Assembly (NCBI GenBank): GCA_002315915.1
Contig: DCIB01000022.1
Coordinates: 13,851-77,850, forward strand
Length of the DNA stretch: 64,000 nucleotides
DNA from: Bacillales bacterium UBA1737
GTDB lineage: Bacteria; Bacillota_I; Bacilli_A; ML615J-28; CAG-313
Direction of reading: 5' to 3'
Position numbers and translations under genes: made by a program. Every line of letters begins with the position of its first letter. Position 1 is the stretch's first letter. A model generated the notes under the pieces. It was not told the origin of the DNA and ran no database searches. It saw nothing but the letters and a program-made list of their open reading frames with translations. Shown here in pieces: positions 49,749 to 60,403 of the stretch.

Positions 49749-50696
49749 ATGGGTTTATTTTCTAAAAAAGAAGTTAAGAATAAAAAGTATTCAACTGGCT
49801 TATCTAGAACAAGAGCAAATTTTTTTTCTAAAATAAAAGATGCTTTAAGTGGACGAACTAGACTTGATGATGATTTATTTGAAGAATTAACTGATATTTT
49901 TATTATGGCTGATGTCGGAGTTAATACAACTTTAAAATTTATTGATGAATTAGAACATGATGAAAGATTAAAAAATGTAAATAATTCTGAAAACATTGAA
50001 GAACTTGTATTAACTAAATTAAAAGAATTCTATTTAAATAATGAAGAAATAAGTTCTAAATTAAATATTAATGAAAATGGATTATCAGTATATTTGTTTG
50101 TCGGTGTAAATGGTGTTGGTAAAACTACTACTATTGCAAAGCTTGCAAATAGATTTATAAAAGATGGTAAAAAAGTATTATTAGCAGCAGCTGATACATT
50201 TAGAGCTGGTGCGATAGATCAATTAGAAGTATGGGCTAATAGAATTAATTGTGATATTTATTTAGATCATAATGCAACAGATCCATCAAGTGTAATATAT
50301 GATGCTTTAACAAAGGCTATAAATGAATCATATGATATATTACTTTGTGATACTGCAGGTCGTCTTCAAACTAAAACTAATTTAATGAATGAATTATCTA
50401 AGATGAATAGAGTAATTGAGAGAGTAACTGGATCTAACCCTACTGAAACTTTACTTGTAATTGATGCAACTACTGGTCAAAATGGATTATCTCAAGCAGC
50501 ACATTTTATGGAAACAACTAATATTACAGGAGTAGTACTTACTAAATTAGATGGTTCTAGTAAAGGTGGAATTGTTATTGGAATTAAAGATTTATACAAT
50601 ATTCCAATAAAATTAGTTGGTTTAGGTGAATCAATTGATGATTTAGAAGATTTTGATTTAGATGATTATTTAAATTCTTTAGTGGAAGGTCTTTAA
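49749..50696 (+). CDS. ftsY: Signal recognition particle receptor FtsY
   Basis: NG domain: GVNGVGKTTT, DTAGR, TKLDG. Short form without an acidic A domain. Confidence 0.93.
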   Translation: MGLFSKKEVKNKKYSTGLSRTRANFFSKIKDALSGRTRLDDDLFEELTDIFIMADVGVNTTLKFIDELEHDERLKNVNNSENIEELVLTKLKEFYLNNEEISSKLNINENGLSVYLFVGVNGVGKTTTIAKLANRFIKDGKKVLLAAADTFRAGAIDQLEVWANRINCDIYLDHNATDPSSVIYDALTKAINESYDILLCDTAGRLQTKTNLMNELSKMNRVIERVTGSNPTETLLVIDATTGQNGLSQAAHFMETTNITGVVLTKLDGSSKGGIVIGIKDLYNIPIKLVGLGESIDDLEDFDLDDYLNSLVEGL

Positions 50697-50697
50697 T

Positions 50698-51018
50698 ATG
50701 GATGAAATAAATGAAAAAGTATACTTATCTAATTTATTTTCTTTCTATCAAAATTTATTAACTTCAAAACAAGTATTATATTTTGATGATTATTATAATT
50801 TAGATTATTCTTTACAAGAAATTGCTGATAGTGAAGGCGTTAGTAAAAATGCAGTTTGGGATAATATAAATAAGACTGTTATTTTATTAAAAGAATATGA
50901 AGAAAAACTTCATTTATTTGAACTAAATAATAAAAGATCTGTATTATATAATGAATTAAAACAACACTTAGATGAAAAAGGTTTAGAAATTTTAAATAAA
51001 TTAACTGAAATGGAGTAA
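50698..51018 (+). CDS. ylxM: YlxM (UPF0122) HTH protein
   Basis: LTSKQVLYFDDYYNLDYSLQEIADSEGVSKNAV; conserved position before ffh. Confidence 0.8.
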   Translation: MDEINEKVYLSNLFSFYQNLLTSKQVLYFDDYYNLDYSLQEIADSEGVSKNAVWDNINKTVILLKEYEEKLHLFELNNKRSVLYNELKQHLDEKGLEILNKLTEME

Positions 51019-51024
51019 CTTATT

Positions 51025-52419
51025 ATGCCACTTGAAACATTATCTGAAAAAATTCAGATGTCTTTAAGACGTCTTACTGGACGTGGTAAGTTATATGAAA
51101 ATGATATTGATGATGCAATGCGTGATATACGAGTTGCCTTACTTGAAGCTGATGTAAACTATAAAATAGTAAAAGATTTTATAAAGGAAGTTAAAGAAGA
51201 ATCACTTGGTGAAAGAGTAATGAAAAGTTTAACTCCTGGAGATCAGGTAGTTAAAATTGTTCATGAGAAATTAGTTAAATTAATGGGTGATGAAGCAACA
51301 CCTATTAATTTAAAACAAAATTCAACAAGTGTAATACTAATGTGTGGTTTGCAAGGTTCTGGTAAAACTACTCATGCTGTAAAACTTGCATCATATCTAA
51401 GAAAAAATAATGATTTAAAACCATTACTTGTAGCATGTGATGTATATAGACCAGCTGCAATAAATCAGCTTATTACATTAGGTAAAAGTATTAATTGTGA
51501 TGTGTATAGTGAAGAATCAAATAAAGATCCTCTTTTTATTACTAAAAATGCTTTAAAATATGCTAATGATAATGGATATAACTTAGTTATTATTGATACT
51601 GCAGGTAGATTACAAATAGATGAAGTATTAATGAAAGAATTATCTGATATTAAAAATATAGCAAAACCTGATGAAATCATGTTATGTATTGACGAAATGA
51701 CTGGTCAAGAAGCAGTAAATGTAACACTTGCATTTAATGATTTATTAAAAGTAACAGGTTGTATATTAACTAAACTTGATTCTGATACTAGAGGTGGTGC
51801 AGCTTTATCTATAAGATATTTAACCAATATACCAATAAAGTTTATTGGTGTAGGTGAACACATCGATGAACTTGAATTATTTCATCCTGAAAGAATGGCC
51901 AAAAGAATTCTTGGAATGGGTGATGTTGTATCTTTAATAGAAAAAGCAACATCTAATATCGATGAAGATGATGCCATGAAAATGATGGAACGTCTTCAAA
52001 AAGGTATATTTACATATAATGATTTTCTAGATCAAATTAAAATGATTAGAAAAATGGGATCAATTAAAAGTTTACTTGGAATGATACCTGGCGTATCTAA
52101 TCAAATAAAAAATGTTGATATTGATGATAAACAATTTACATATATTGAAGTTGCTATATCTTCAATGACTAAGGAAGAAAGAAAACATCCAGATATAATT
52201 GAGCATTCAACATCTCGTAAGATGAGAATAGCTGAAGGATCTGGAAGACCTTATCAAGAAATTAATGCATTAACAAAAAGATTTGCAGATATGAAACGTC
52301 AAATGTTACAAATGTCTAAGATGGATCCATCTAAAATGACATCACCACAAAGTTTCATGCCAAGACCTGCAAAACCTCATAAAGGTAAAGGAAAAGGAAA
52401 AAATGGATTTCGTTTTTAG
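51025..52419 (+). CDS. ffh: Signal recognition particle protein Ffh
   Basis: GLQGSGKTT, DTAGR, TKLDSDTRGG, Met-rich M domain, KGKGKGK tail. Confidence 0.96.
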   Translation: MPLETLSEKIQMSLRRLTGRGKLYENDIDDAMRDIRVALLEADVNYKIVKDFIKEVKEESLGERVMKSLTPGDQVVKIVHEKLVKLMGDEATPINLKQNSTSVILMCGLQGSGKTTHAVKLASYLRKNNDLKPLLVACDVYRPAAINQLITLGKSINCDVYSEESNKDPLFITKNALKYANDNGYNLVIIDTAGRLQIDEVLMKELSDIKNIAKPDEIMLCIDEMTGQEAVNVTLAFNDLLKVTGCILTKLDSDTRGGAALSIRYLTNIPIKFIGVGEHIDELELFHPERMAKRILGMGDVVSLIEKATSNIDEDDAMKMMERLQKGIFTYNDFLDQIKMIRKMGSIKSLLGMIPGVSNQIKNVDIDDKQFTYIEVAISSMTKEERKHPDIIEHSTSRKMRIAEGSGRPYQEINALTKRFADMKRQMLQMSKMDPSKMTSPQSFMPRPAKPHKGKGKGKNGFRF

Positions 52420-52982
52420 AAATCCATTTTTTTAATTAATTTTAATGCATCAATTAATAAATCGTCTATATCTAAATAACAGTTTATATCTAGATTATCA
52501 ATAATAGATGTAATTTCATCTTCACTACAACCAAGATTTTTTAAAGAATCTTTTAATTCTTTTAATAAACTATTATTATTTGCATTTTTCTTTTTATATT
52601 TCTTTTCTAAATCCATGATTATTTGTTGTGCTGTTTTTATTCCTATAGAATGTATTTGTGAAAAGAATTTAATGTCTTGATTATTTATAGCATCAATGAT
52701 TTCATTAGATGTATAGGAACTAAGTATTTTTAAAGCTCCTTTTGGACCTAATCCTTTAACACTTATTAAATTAATAAATGTATCTTTATCATCTATATTA
52801 TTAAAACCATATATCGATAAAGATGTTTCTTTTATTTGAAAATAAGTATAGATTGTAATAATACTATCAATTATTATATTTTTAGATAAAGGTATTTCGA
52901 TATCATAGCCTATATTATTAACATCTAATACTAAATGATTTTGATTAACACTTATTACTTTCCCAGTTAAGTAATTAAACAT
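52416..52982 (-). CDS. ruvA: Holliday junction DNA helicase subunit RuvA
   Basis: MFNYLTGKV...VNNIGYDIEIP, HhH region LISVKGLGPKGALKIL; RBS AGGAGGA. Confidence 0.88.
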   Translation of the reverse strand: MFNYLTGKVISVNQNHLVLDVNNIGYDIEIPLSKNIIIDSIITIYTYFQIKETSLSIYGFNNIDDKDTFINLISVKGLGPKGALKILSSYTSNEIIDAINNQDIKFFSQIHSIGIKTAQQIIMDLEKKYKKKNANNNSLLKELKDSLKNLGCSEDEITSIIDNLDINCYLDIDDLLIDALKLIKKMDF

Positions 52983-53048
52983 TTAAAATATCCTCCTTTT
53001 TAAGTGAGTATAGCATATTATATAAATATATTTTAGGAGATAAATAAT

Positions 53049-54035
53049 TTGAACAAAAATAATAATAATCTAATCTTATATGAAGATAATGATTTATCTA
53101 TTAGACCAATGTATTTAAAAGATTATATTGGTCAAACAAATACTGTTAATATGTTAAAAATATATATTAATAGTGCATTATCAAGAGATGAATCTCTTGA
53201 TCATACATTATTATATGGACCTCCAGGTCTTGGTAAGACTACTTTAGCAAATATAATAGCTAATGAAATGAATAAAAAAATAATATCTACAACAGGTTCA
53301 GTTATTCATAAAGCAAAAGATTTAGCATCTATTCTTATTCAGCTTGAACCATATGATATTTTATTTATAGATGAAATTCATAGAATTCCTAAAGTATTAG
53401 AAGAAATGCTTTATAATGCAATGGAAGACTATGAATTAGATATTGTTGTAAATGAACAATTATCATCTAAAACTGTTAAAATATCTTTACCACCATTTAC
53501 TTTAGTAGGAGCAACTACTCTTACAGGCGATATTTCTAAACCATTAAGAGATAGATTTGGTATTATACTTCCACTTAATTATTATAATTGTGATGAATTA
53601 TCATACATTGTTAAGCGAACTGCAAGTGTTTTAGGGTATAATATAGATGATCAAGCTGCAAATATTTTAGCATCTAGGAGTAGAGGTACTCCAAGAATTG
53701 CTAATAAGTTATTTAGAAGAGTAAGAGATTTCGCTCAATATAATAATTATTCTAAAATTACTTATGATATTACTTTAAATGCATTAAATCAGTTAAATAT
53801 AGATAATGATGGATTAGATATAATTGATAATAAATATTTAAATTGTTTAATTAATACATTTAATGGAGGACCAGTTGGCATAAATGCTATTGCAGCAACA
53901 CTCGGACTTGATACATATACATTAATTGATGTTAATGAACCATATTTATTACAAGCAGGATTTATAATAAGAAGTAGAAAAGGTCGTATTGCAACAGATA
54001 AAGCATACAAACATATAAATAAGAAGGAAAAATAA
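53049..54035 (+). CDS. ruvB: Holliday junction DNA helicase RuvB
   Basis: [35 protein letters not shown] start 7 nt after AGGAGA. Confidence 0.95.
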   Translation: MNKNNNNLILYEDNDLSIRPMYLKDYIGQTNTVNMLKIYINSALSRDESLDHTLLYGPPGLGKTTLANIIANEMNKKIISTTGSVIHKAKDLASILIQLEPYDILFIDEIHRIPKVLEEMLYNAMEDYELDIVVNEQLSSKTVKISLPPFTLVGATTLTGDISKPLRDRFGIILPLNYYNCDELSYIVKRTASVLGYNIDDQAANILASRSRGTPRIANKLFRRVRDFAQYNNYSKITYDITLNALNQLNIDNDGLDIIDNKYLNCLINTFNGGPVGINAIAATLGLDTYTLIDVNEPYLLQAGFIIRSRKGRIATDKAYKHINKKEK

Positions 54036-54036
54036 G

Positions 54037-55062
54037 ATGAATGTAGAAGATTTTGATTATTATTTACCAGAAGAATTAATAGCTCAAACTCCTTTATCAA
54101 ATAGAAGCGAGTCTAGATTGTTAATTGTAGATAGAAATAATAATAATTTAGAACATAAACATTTTTATAATATTATTGATGAACTTGGGCCAAATGATTG
54201 TTTAGTTTTAAATAATACTAAAGTATATCCATCTAGAATATATGGAAATAAAATTGATACAAATGCTTTTATAGAAGTATTATTATTAAAAGATTTAGGC
54301 AATAATATATGGGAATGTTTAACAAAACCAGCTAGAAGAGTAAAAGTGGGTACAATAATTTCTTTTAATGATGGATTATTAAAAACAAAATGTATAAAAG
54401 AATTAGATGATGGAATGCGTCATTTTGAAATGATATATGATGGAATTTTTTTAGAAATATTAGAAAAAATAGGAACAATGCCCCTTCCACCATATATTCA
54501 TGAAAAGCTAAAAGATCAATCCCGTTATCAAACAGTATATGCAAAAGACTATGGAAGTGCAGCAGCACCAACTGCAGGATTACATTTTACAAAAGAGTTA
54601 TTAGATGAATTGAAAAATAAAGGTGTTCAGATAGAATATGTAACATTAAATGTAGGACTTGGTACATTTAGACCTGTAAGTGTCGAAAAAATTGAAGATC
54701 ATATAATGCATACAGAAAAATATCATATGGATAAAAGTGTTGCAGAAAGACTTAATGAAGCAATTAAAAATAACAAAAGAATTGTTGCAGTAGGAACAAC
54801 ATCTATAAGAACATTAGAAAGTATTTATACAAAATATAATACATTTAAAGAATGCACAGAAGATACTAATATTTTTATATATCCAGGATATAATTGGAAA
54901 GTTGTTGATGCATTAATAACTAATTTCCACTTACCTAAATCAACATTAATAATGTTAGTATCAAGTTTTGCTGGAAAAGATTTAATAATGAAAGCATATA
55001 GCGAAGCTGTTAAAGAAAAATATCGTTTCTTTTCTTTTGGTGATGCTATGTTTATAAAGTAA
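54037..55062 (+). CDS. queA: S-adenosylmethionine:tRNA ribosyltransferase-isomerase
   Basis: [42 protein letters not shown]. Confidence 0.95.
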   Translation: MNVEDFDYYLPEELIAQTPLSNRSESRLLIVDRNNNNLEHKHFYNIIDELGPNDCLVLNNTKVYPSRIYGNKIDTNAFIEVLLLKDLGNNIWECLTKPARRVKVGTIISFNDGLLKTKCIKELDDGMRHFEMIYDGIFLEILEKIGTMPLPPYIHEKLKDQSRYQTVYAKDYGSAAAPTAGLHFTKELLDELKNKGVQIEYVTLNVGLGTFRPVSVEKIEDHIMHTEKYHMDKSVAERLNEAIKNNKRIVAVGTTSIRTLESIYTKYNTFKECTEDTNIFIYPGYNWKVVDALITNFHLPKSTLIMLVSSFAGKDLIMKAYSEAVKEKYRFFSFGDAMFIK

Positions 55063-55838
55063 TGAATAATTTATATTATATTGATTCACATGTTCATCTA
55101 AATGATGAAAAGATATTACTTCATTTAGATGAAGTAATATCTGATGCATTTAAAAATAATGTTAAAAAAATGATTATTATTGGTTGGGATATAGAATCTA
55201 GTAAAAAAGCAATAGAAATATCTAAACTTAATGATAATTTTTATTGTGCTGTAGGCATTCATCCTTGTAATTTAAAAAACATAAATGATAATGATTATAA
55301 TGAATTATTTAATCTAGCGAAAAATGATAAAGTTATTGCAATAGGTGAAATTGGCTTTGATTATTATTGGGATGATACTACACATGAAGAACAACTAGAT
55401 GGATTTATTAAACAATTAGAAATAGCAAAAAAACTTAACAAACCTGTTATTATTCATTCTAGAGATGCAGATCAAGATACATTTAATGTTTTACAAAATA
55501 ATTTTAATAATAGTCTTGGTGGTATTATTCATGCATATTCAGGAAGTTTAGAACTTGCAAAAGAATATATTAAAATGAATTACTTATTAGGAATTGGTGG
55601 AGTTGTAACATTTAAAAATGCCAAAAATTTACCTAATGTTGTAAAAGAAATAGATTTAAAATATTTATTAACTGAAACTGATTCACCATATCTTACTCCT
55701 ACTCCTTATAGAGGAGAAGAAAATGGTCCAAAATATATTCCATTAATTACATCTAAAATAGCAAATATTAAAAATATTAGTGTAGAAGAAGTACAAGAAG
55801 AAGTAATTAATAATTTTAATAGGTTATTTAATATATAA
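55062..55838 (+). CDS. tatD: TatD-family metal-dependent DNase/hydrolase (YabD)
   Basis: IDSHVHLND, IGEIGFDYYW, IIHSRDA, TETDSPYL. Confidence 0.88.
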   Translation: MNNLYYIDSHVHLNDEKILLHLDEVISDAFKNNVKKMIIIGWDIESSKKAIEISKLNDNFYCAVGIHPCNLKNINDNDYNELFNLAKNDKVIAIGEIGFDYYWDDTTHEEQLDGFIKQLEIAKKLNKPVIIHSRDADQDTFNVLQNNFNNSLGGIIHAYSGSLELAKEYIKMNYLLGIGGVVTFKNAKNLPNVVKEIDLKYLLTETDSPYLTPTPYRGEENGPKYIPLITSKIANIKNISVEEVQEEVINNFNRLFNI

Positions 55839-55866
55839 AAAGATCTCAAAATTTTGAGATCTTTTT
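55837..55866. terminator. Bidirectional terminator between tatD and the convergent gene pair
   Basis: Palindrome AAAAAGATCTCAAAA/TTTTGAGATCTTTTT. Confidence 0.65.
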
Positions 55867-56176
55867 ATATTTCTTCTAATATTAATTCTATTTGTTCTTT
55901 AATATTTTCTTTATCTAAACAAAATATATTTTCAAATATTGTTTGATGATAATAATTAACAATTGGTTTATTATCTTCTAACATTAAATCAGTAATATCA
56001 TATTCAGTACATTTATCTATTTGATACATTAAATATGTAAATTCTATAACTTCGTTACCGACTTTTATATAGTTTTCATCTACTAGAGTAAATATAGAAT
56101 TTATATATTCATAATCTAATCCATTAATTTTAGGATCTTTATCTGAAATTATTATTGTATAAAAATATTTTGTCAT
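55865..56176 (-). CDS. Hypothetical 103-aa acidic protein coupled to the UPF0371 gene
   Basis: Its start codon overlaps the stop of the upstream gene (1-nt TAATG-type overlap on the minus strand). No family recognised. Confidence 0.4.
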   Translation of the reverse strand: MTKYFYTIIISDKDPKINGLDYEYINSIFTLVDENYIKVGNEVIEFTYLMYQIDKCTEYDITDLMLEDNKPIVNYYHQTIFENIFCLDKENIKEQIELILEEI

Positions 56177-57657
56177 TATTTTACATATAATCGATGTGCA
56201 TATGTAGCTGGTTCTTCAGTAACATCGATTCCCATCTTTTTTAAAGTTTTTAAATCTGCTTCATCTAAAATAACTGAACTATGTGCTTGTAATCCTTTTA
56301 GTTTTGGAATTTGTTTTAAAGCAAGGTCTGATAATGGATTAGTTGATGCTTGAATAGCAAGTGCATATAATACTTCAGATACGTGAAGTCTTGGATTTGC
56401 TTGATGTAGTTCATTTTCTTTTAAATTAATTATAGGATCAATAACACTTTTTGATATAAGAGGAATAGAATCATCGATTTTAGCATAATATTTTAAAGTA
56501 TTTAGTATTAATGCAGCGCTTGATTGTAATAAGTCACTTCTTTTTGAAGTAATAATTTTATTGTTTGATAATTCTATAGCCATAGATGGAACATTTGTTA
56601 ATTCAGCTTTATTAAGACAAGCTTTAACACATTTTCTATCATCAGTAGTTAATCCTATTTTATTCATAATAGCTTTAGCTTTTTCTACAGCAGAATCTTT
56701 ATATTGACCTAAGAAATGATATTTTAATGTTTGATAATATCTTCTAATGATTTCATTTTTAGATGCTTTAAAAGCTTCTTCCTCATCACTTATTGCAAAA
56801 CCTATCATATTTACACCCATATCTGTAGGTGATTTATATGGAGATTGAGTATAAATCTTATCAAATATATTTTTTAGAATTGGAAATGATTCAATATCTC
56901 TATTATAATTTGTAGCATATGTTCCATATGCTTCTAAATGATATTGATCAATCATTATTAAGTCATTTAAGTCTACTGTAGCAGATACATATGCAATATT
57001 AACAGGATTATTAATAGATAAATTCCATACTGGGAATGTTTCATATTTAGCATAACCAGATAATTTTCCATTTACTGAATCATGATATAATTGAGAAAGA
57101 CATGTTGCCATTTTGCCAGAACCTGGTCCTGGGGCTGTTACGATAACTAAACTCTTAGTTGTTTCTATATAATCATTTTTGCCAAATCCTTCATTTGAAC
57201 ATACTTTTGATAAATCATCTGGATATCCTTCAATTTGATAGTGATGATATACTTTTACATTATTATTTAATAATTTTGTTTCAAATGCTTTAACAATATT
57301 TGATTCATGATAAAAAGATAATACAACACCTGCCACATTTAAATTAATTTCTTTAAAAGCATCAAGTAAACGTTCTACTTCATTAGAATATGATACATTA
57401 TTATCACTTCTTATTTTATTAGCTTCAATATCAAAAGAATTAACCGCAATAATAGCTTCTACATCTTTTTTAAACCCTAATAACATTTGAATTTTACTAT
57501 CAGGTTCAAATCCAGGTAATACTCTAGATGCATGATAATCATCAAATAATTTTCCCCCAAATTCAAGATATAGTTTACCATTAAATTGATTTATTCTTTC
57601 AGTTATTTTTTCTTTTTGAATTTTTAAATATAATTTATTATCAAAAGCTTTTTTCAT
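56176..57657 (-). CDS. UPF0371/DUF1846-family protein
   Basis: FDNKLYLKIQKEKITERI...GGKLFDDYHASRVLPGFEPDSK N-terminus, typical of the conserved Firmicutes UPF0371 family; 493 aa. Confidence 0.7.
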   Translation of the reverse strand: MKKAFDNKLYLKIQKEKITERINQFNGKLYLEFGGKLFDDYHASRVLPGFEPDSKIQMLLGFKKDVEAIIAVNSFDIEANKIRSDNNVSYSNEVERLLDAFKEINLNVAGVVLSFYHESNIVKAFETKLLNNNVKVYHHYQIEGYPDDLSKVCSNEGFGKNDYIETTKSLVIVTAPGPGSGKMATCLSQLYHDSVNGKLSGYAKYETFPVWNLSINNPVNIAYVSATVDLNDLIMIDQYHLEAYGTYATNYNRDIESFPILKNIFDKIYTQSPYKSPTDMGVNMIGFAISDEEEAFKASKNEIIRRYYQTLKYHFLGQYKDSAVEKAKAIMNKIGLTTDDRKCVKACLNKAELTNVPSMAIELSNNKIITSKRSDLLQSSAALILNTLKYYAKIDDSIPLISKSVIDPIINLKENELHQANPRLHVSEVLYALAIQASTNPLSDLALKQIPKLKGLQAHSSVILDEADLKTLKKMGIDVTEEPATYAHRLYVK

Positions 57658-57817
57658 AATATAATAGCTCCAAAATCAATACATATATTTTAACAAATTT
57701 AAATATTTATTTTATTATTAACAATAAAAAATTTAATTTTTTTCCTTAATTTGAATATCTTTAATTATCTTATAAAATATGTTATAATAAATTACAAGAA
57801 AAAAAGAGGTATTAAAT

Positions 57818-58915
57818 ATGGGTTTAACAGCTGGAATTGTAGGATTACCTAATGTTGGAAAATCAACACTATTTAATGCGATAACTGCACAACATGCATT
57901 TATGGCTAATTATCCTTTTGCAACAATAGAACCAAATGTTGGTATTGTAGAAGTAGAAGATGAAAGATTAGATAATATTTGTAAAATATTTAATCCAAGA
58001 AATGTAGTTCATACAACATTTTCATTTACTGATATTGCAGGACTTGTAAAAGGGGCGGCATCAGGTGAAGGCCTTGGTAATAAATTTTTAAGTCATATTA
58101 GAGATGTTGATGCAATATGTCATGTAGTAAGATGTTTTGATGATTCAAACATAACTCATGTATCAGGAAAAGTTGATCCTGTAGATGATATTGATGTAGT
58201 TAATTGTGAATTAATACTAGCAGATGAAGAAGTGGTAGATAATAGAATACCTAAAATTGAAAAGAAAGCATTACTTAAAACTGATAAAGAAGCTACTTAT
58301 GAATATAATATTTTATTAAAGTTAAAAGAAGGATTTAAAAATTTGATTCCTGCAAGACTTATTGACTTAAGTGTTGAAGAAAAGAAATTTATTAAAAATT
58401 ATCAATTTTTAACTATGAAACCAATGTTATATGTATGTAATGTTGATGAATCATCTATAGGTAATGGAAATAAGTATTCTGATATGGTAAAAGAATATGC
58501 CGCAAAAGATGGTTCTAAAGTAGTAATAATATCCGCTAAGATAGAAGAAGAATTATCTGAACTTGATAAGGAAGAAAAACTTATGTTCTTAGAAGATTTA
58601 GGTATTAAAGAAAGTGGTATTGATAAACTAGTAAAAGAGTCTTATGCAATGCTTGGACTTAGAACTTTCTTTACTGCTGGCGAAAAAGAATGTCGTGCAT
58701 GGACTTATAAAGATGGAATGAAAGCTCCAGAATGTGCTGGAATAATTCATACAGATTTTGAAAAAGGATTTATTAAAGCAGAAACATACTCATATGACGA
58801 TCTTATGAAATATAAAGAAGTATTAAAAGTAAGAGAAGCTGGTAGAGTTCGTTTTGAAGGCAAAGATTATGTCGTAAATGATGGCGATATAATGGAATTT
58901 AGATTTAATGTATAA
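57818..58915 (+). CDS. ychF: Ribosome-binding ATPase YchF
   Basis: GIVGLPNVGKSTLFNA, DIAGLVKGA, C-terminal TGS (RFEGKDYVVNDGDIMEFRFN). Confidence 0.95.
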   Translation: MGLTAGIVGLPNVGKSTLFNAITAQHAFMANYPFATIEPNVGIVEVEDERLDNICKIFNPRNVVHTTFSFTDIAGLVKGAASGEGLGNKFLSHIRDVDAICHVVRCFDDSNITHVSGKVDPVDDIDVVNCELILADEEVVDNRIPKIEKKALLKTDKEATYEYNILLKLKEGFKNLIPARLIDLSVEEKKFIKNYQFLTMKPMLYVCNVDESSIGNGNKYSDMVKEYAAKDGSKVVIISAKIEEELSELDKEEKLMFLEDLGIKESGIDKLVKESYAMLGLRTFFTAGEKECRAWTYKDGMKAPECAGIIHTDFEKGFIKAETYSYDDLMKYKEVLKVREAGRVRFEGKDYVVNDGDIMEFRFNV

Positions 58916-58957
58916 TTAAAAAATATATAATTTAATTAATTTAGAAAGGAGAAGAAT

Positions 58958-60403
58958 ATGACAATTGATGGATCAACATATTTAAACCAATATGCAATTA
59001 AAAATCCAAAATCCTATAAAGGTTTTGATAAAGCATTAAATATCTTAAAACAATTATTAAAAAAATTACAAGAATCATATTTAATAGGATCATGTGTTAG
59101 AAATCTAATAATGAATAAAGAAACTAATATGTTTTCTATTATTACAACAGCTTCTCCAGAATTATTAATTAATACAATACCAAATTTAATTAATCAAAAA
59201 GGACGTCTTGTATTAAAAGAAGATGGTTTTATTTATTCATTTATAACTTTCTCTCAAGATATAAATCCTGAAAATAAAACTGAATTTTATAATAAGAAAA
59301 TTGCTGATGCATTAGAAAAAGAATTATTTACTTTAGATGCCCTTGTAATGAGTCCTAAGTTAGTAATAAACGATTTATATAATGGTATTGAAGATATAAA
59401 AAATAAAGAAATTAATTTAGTATCTAACGCTAATTCTATAATTAAAGATAATCCATCAACAATGCTTAGAGCATTAAAATATTGGGCTGAATTAGATTTT
59501 AATATTAATAAACAATTATTAAGATCTATTAATCATCATTATAAATTATTTAGTCATTTATCTAGTTTACATATGGCATCATTTATTAGAACTATTCTAA
59601 AAATGCCAAATGGTAAAAAAGTATTAACATATATTTCTAGAAATGATTTATTTGCAGCTAATTATGATTATCAATTATTAGTAGAAAAATTATGTAAACA
59701 TGAAGAATTAACATATGTTGAAAGGTTAACTTTATTATACTTAAATATAGGTTCTATTCCTGATGCATCTTTTATGACCGAAGAAGAACAAATTGATGTA
59801 TCTGAACATTTATTAATAGCAAGATTATTATTAAATCAAACAGTAACTCCTATGATTGTATATAATATTGGAGAAAAAATACTATTATCTTGTGATAAAG
59901 TAGCTAAAATATATAAATCAAAATATCGTTCACAAGCAAATCGTATTAGGAAATTATCTAATAGTAAAGTTATAACTAATGTTCGAGAATTGAATTTTAC
60001 TAAGTTAGAACTAGTTGCATTGCTAAATGGAGAAAGAAGTATAAGAGTAACTCCTATATTAAATATTTTATTAGAACGTGTTATTAATGGCGATGTTCCA
60101 AATTATAATAAATTCTTAAAAAAAGAAGCATTAAAGATAATTGATGAAATGAATGAAATATTTAATTATGAAGAACCAGATTATCCTATTAGTTATACTG
60201 ATGATATGATTATTTCATTAAAAGAAAAATATGAAAAAGAATATAAATTCTTACAAAGAGTATATTTAAATGATGAAAAATCATTATATGATTTATCAGC
60301 AGTAGAACGTCATCAAGTTAAAGAGGAAGCATCTAATCATGCAAAAGAATTCTTACTTTCAACTTCTCAATATAAAGTTTTACAAGAAAGGGGTCTTATC
60401 TAA
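58958..60403 (+). CDS. CCA-adding enzyme/poly(A) polymerase-family paralog with degenerate active site
   Basis: It aligns by eye to class II nucleotidyltransferases (SYLIGSCVRNLIMNKETNMFSIITTA; LFTLDALVM; DNPSTMLRALKYWAELDF). The GGxVRD, DxD and RRD catalytic motifs read GSCVRN, MFS and KEL instead. Confidence 0.6.
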   Translation: MTIDGSTYLNQYAIKNPKSYKGFDKALNILKQLLKKLQESYLIGSCVRNLIMNKETNMFSIITTASPELLINTIPNLINQKGRLVLKEDGFIYSFITFSQDINPENKTEFYNKKIADALEKELFTLDALVMSPKLVINDLYNGIEDIKNKEINLVSNANSIIKDNPSTMLRALKYWAELDFNINKQLLRSINHHYKLFSHLSSLHMASFIRTILKMPNGKKVLTYISRNDLFAANYDYQLLVEKLCKHEELTYVERLTLLYLNIGSIPDASFMTEEEQIDVSEHLLIARLLLNQTVTPMIVYNIGEKILLSCDKVAKIYKSKYRSQANRIRKLSNSKVITNVRELNFTKLELVALLNGERSIRVTPILNILLERVINGDVPNYNKFLKKEALKIIDEMNEIFNYEEPDYPISYTDDMIISLKEKYEKEYKFLQRVYLNDEKSLYDLSAVERHQVKEEASNHAKEFLLSTSQYKVLQERGLI

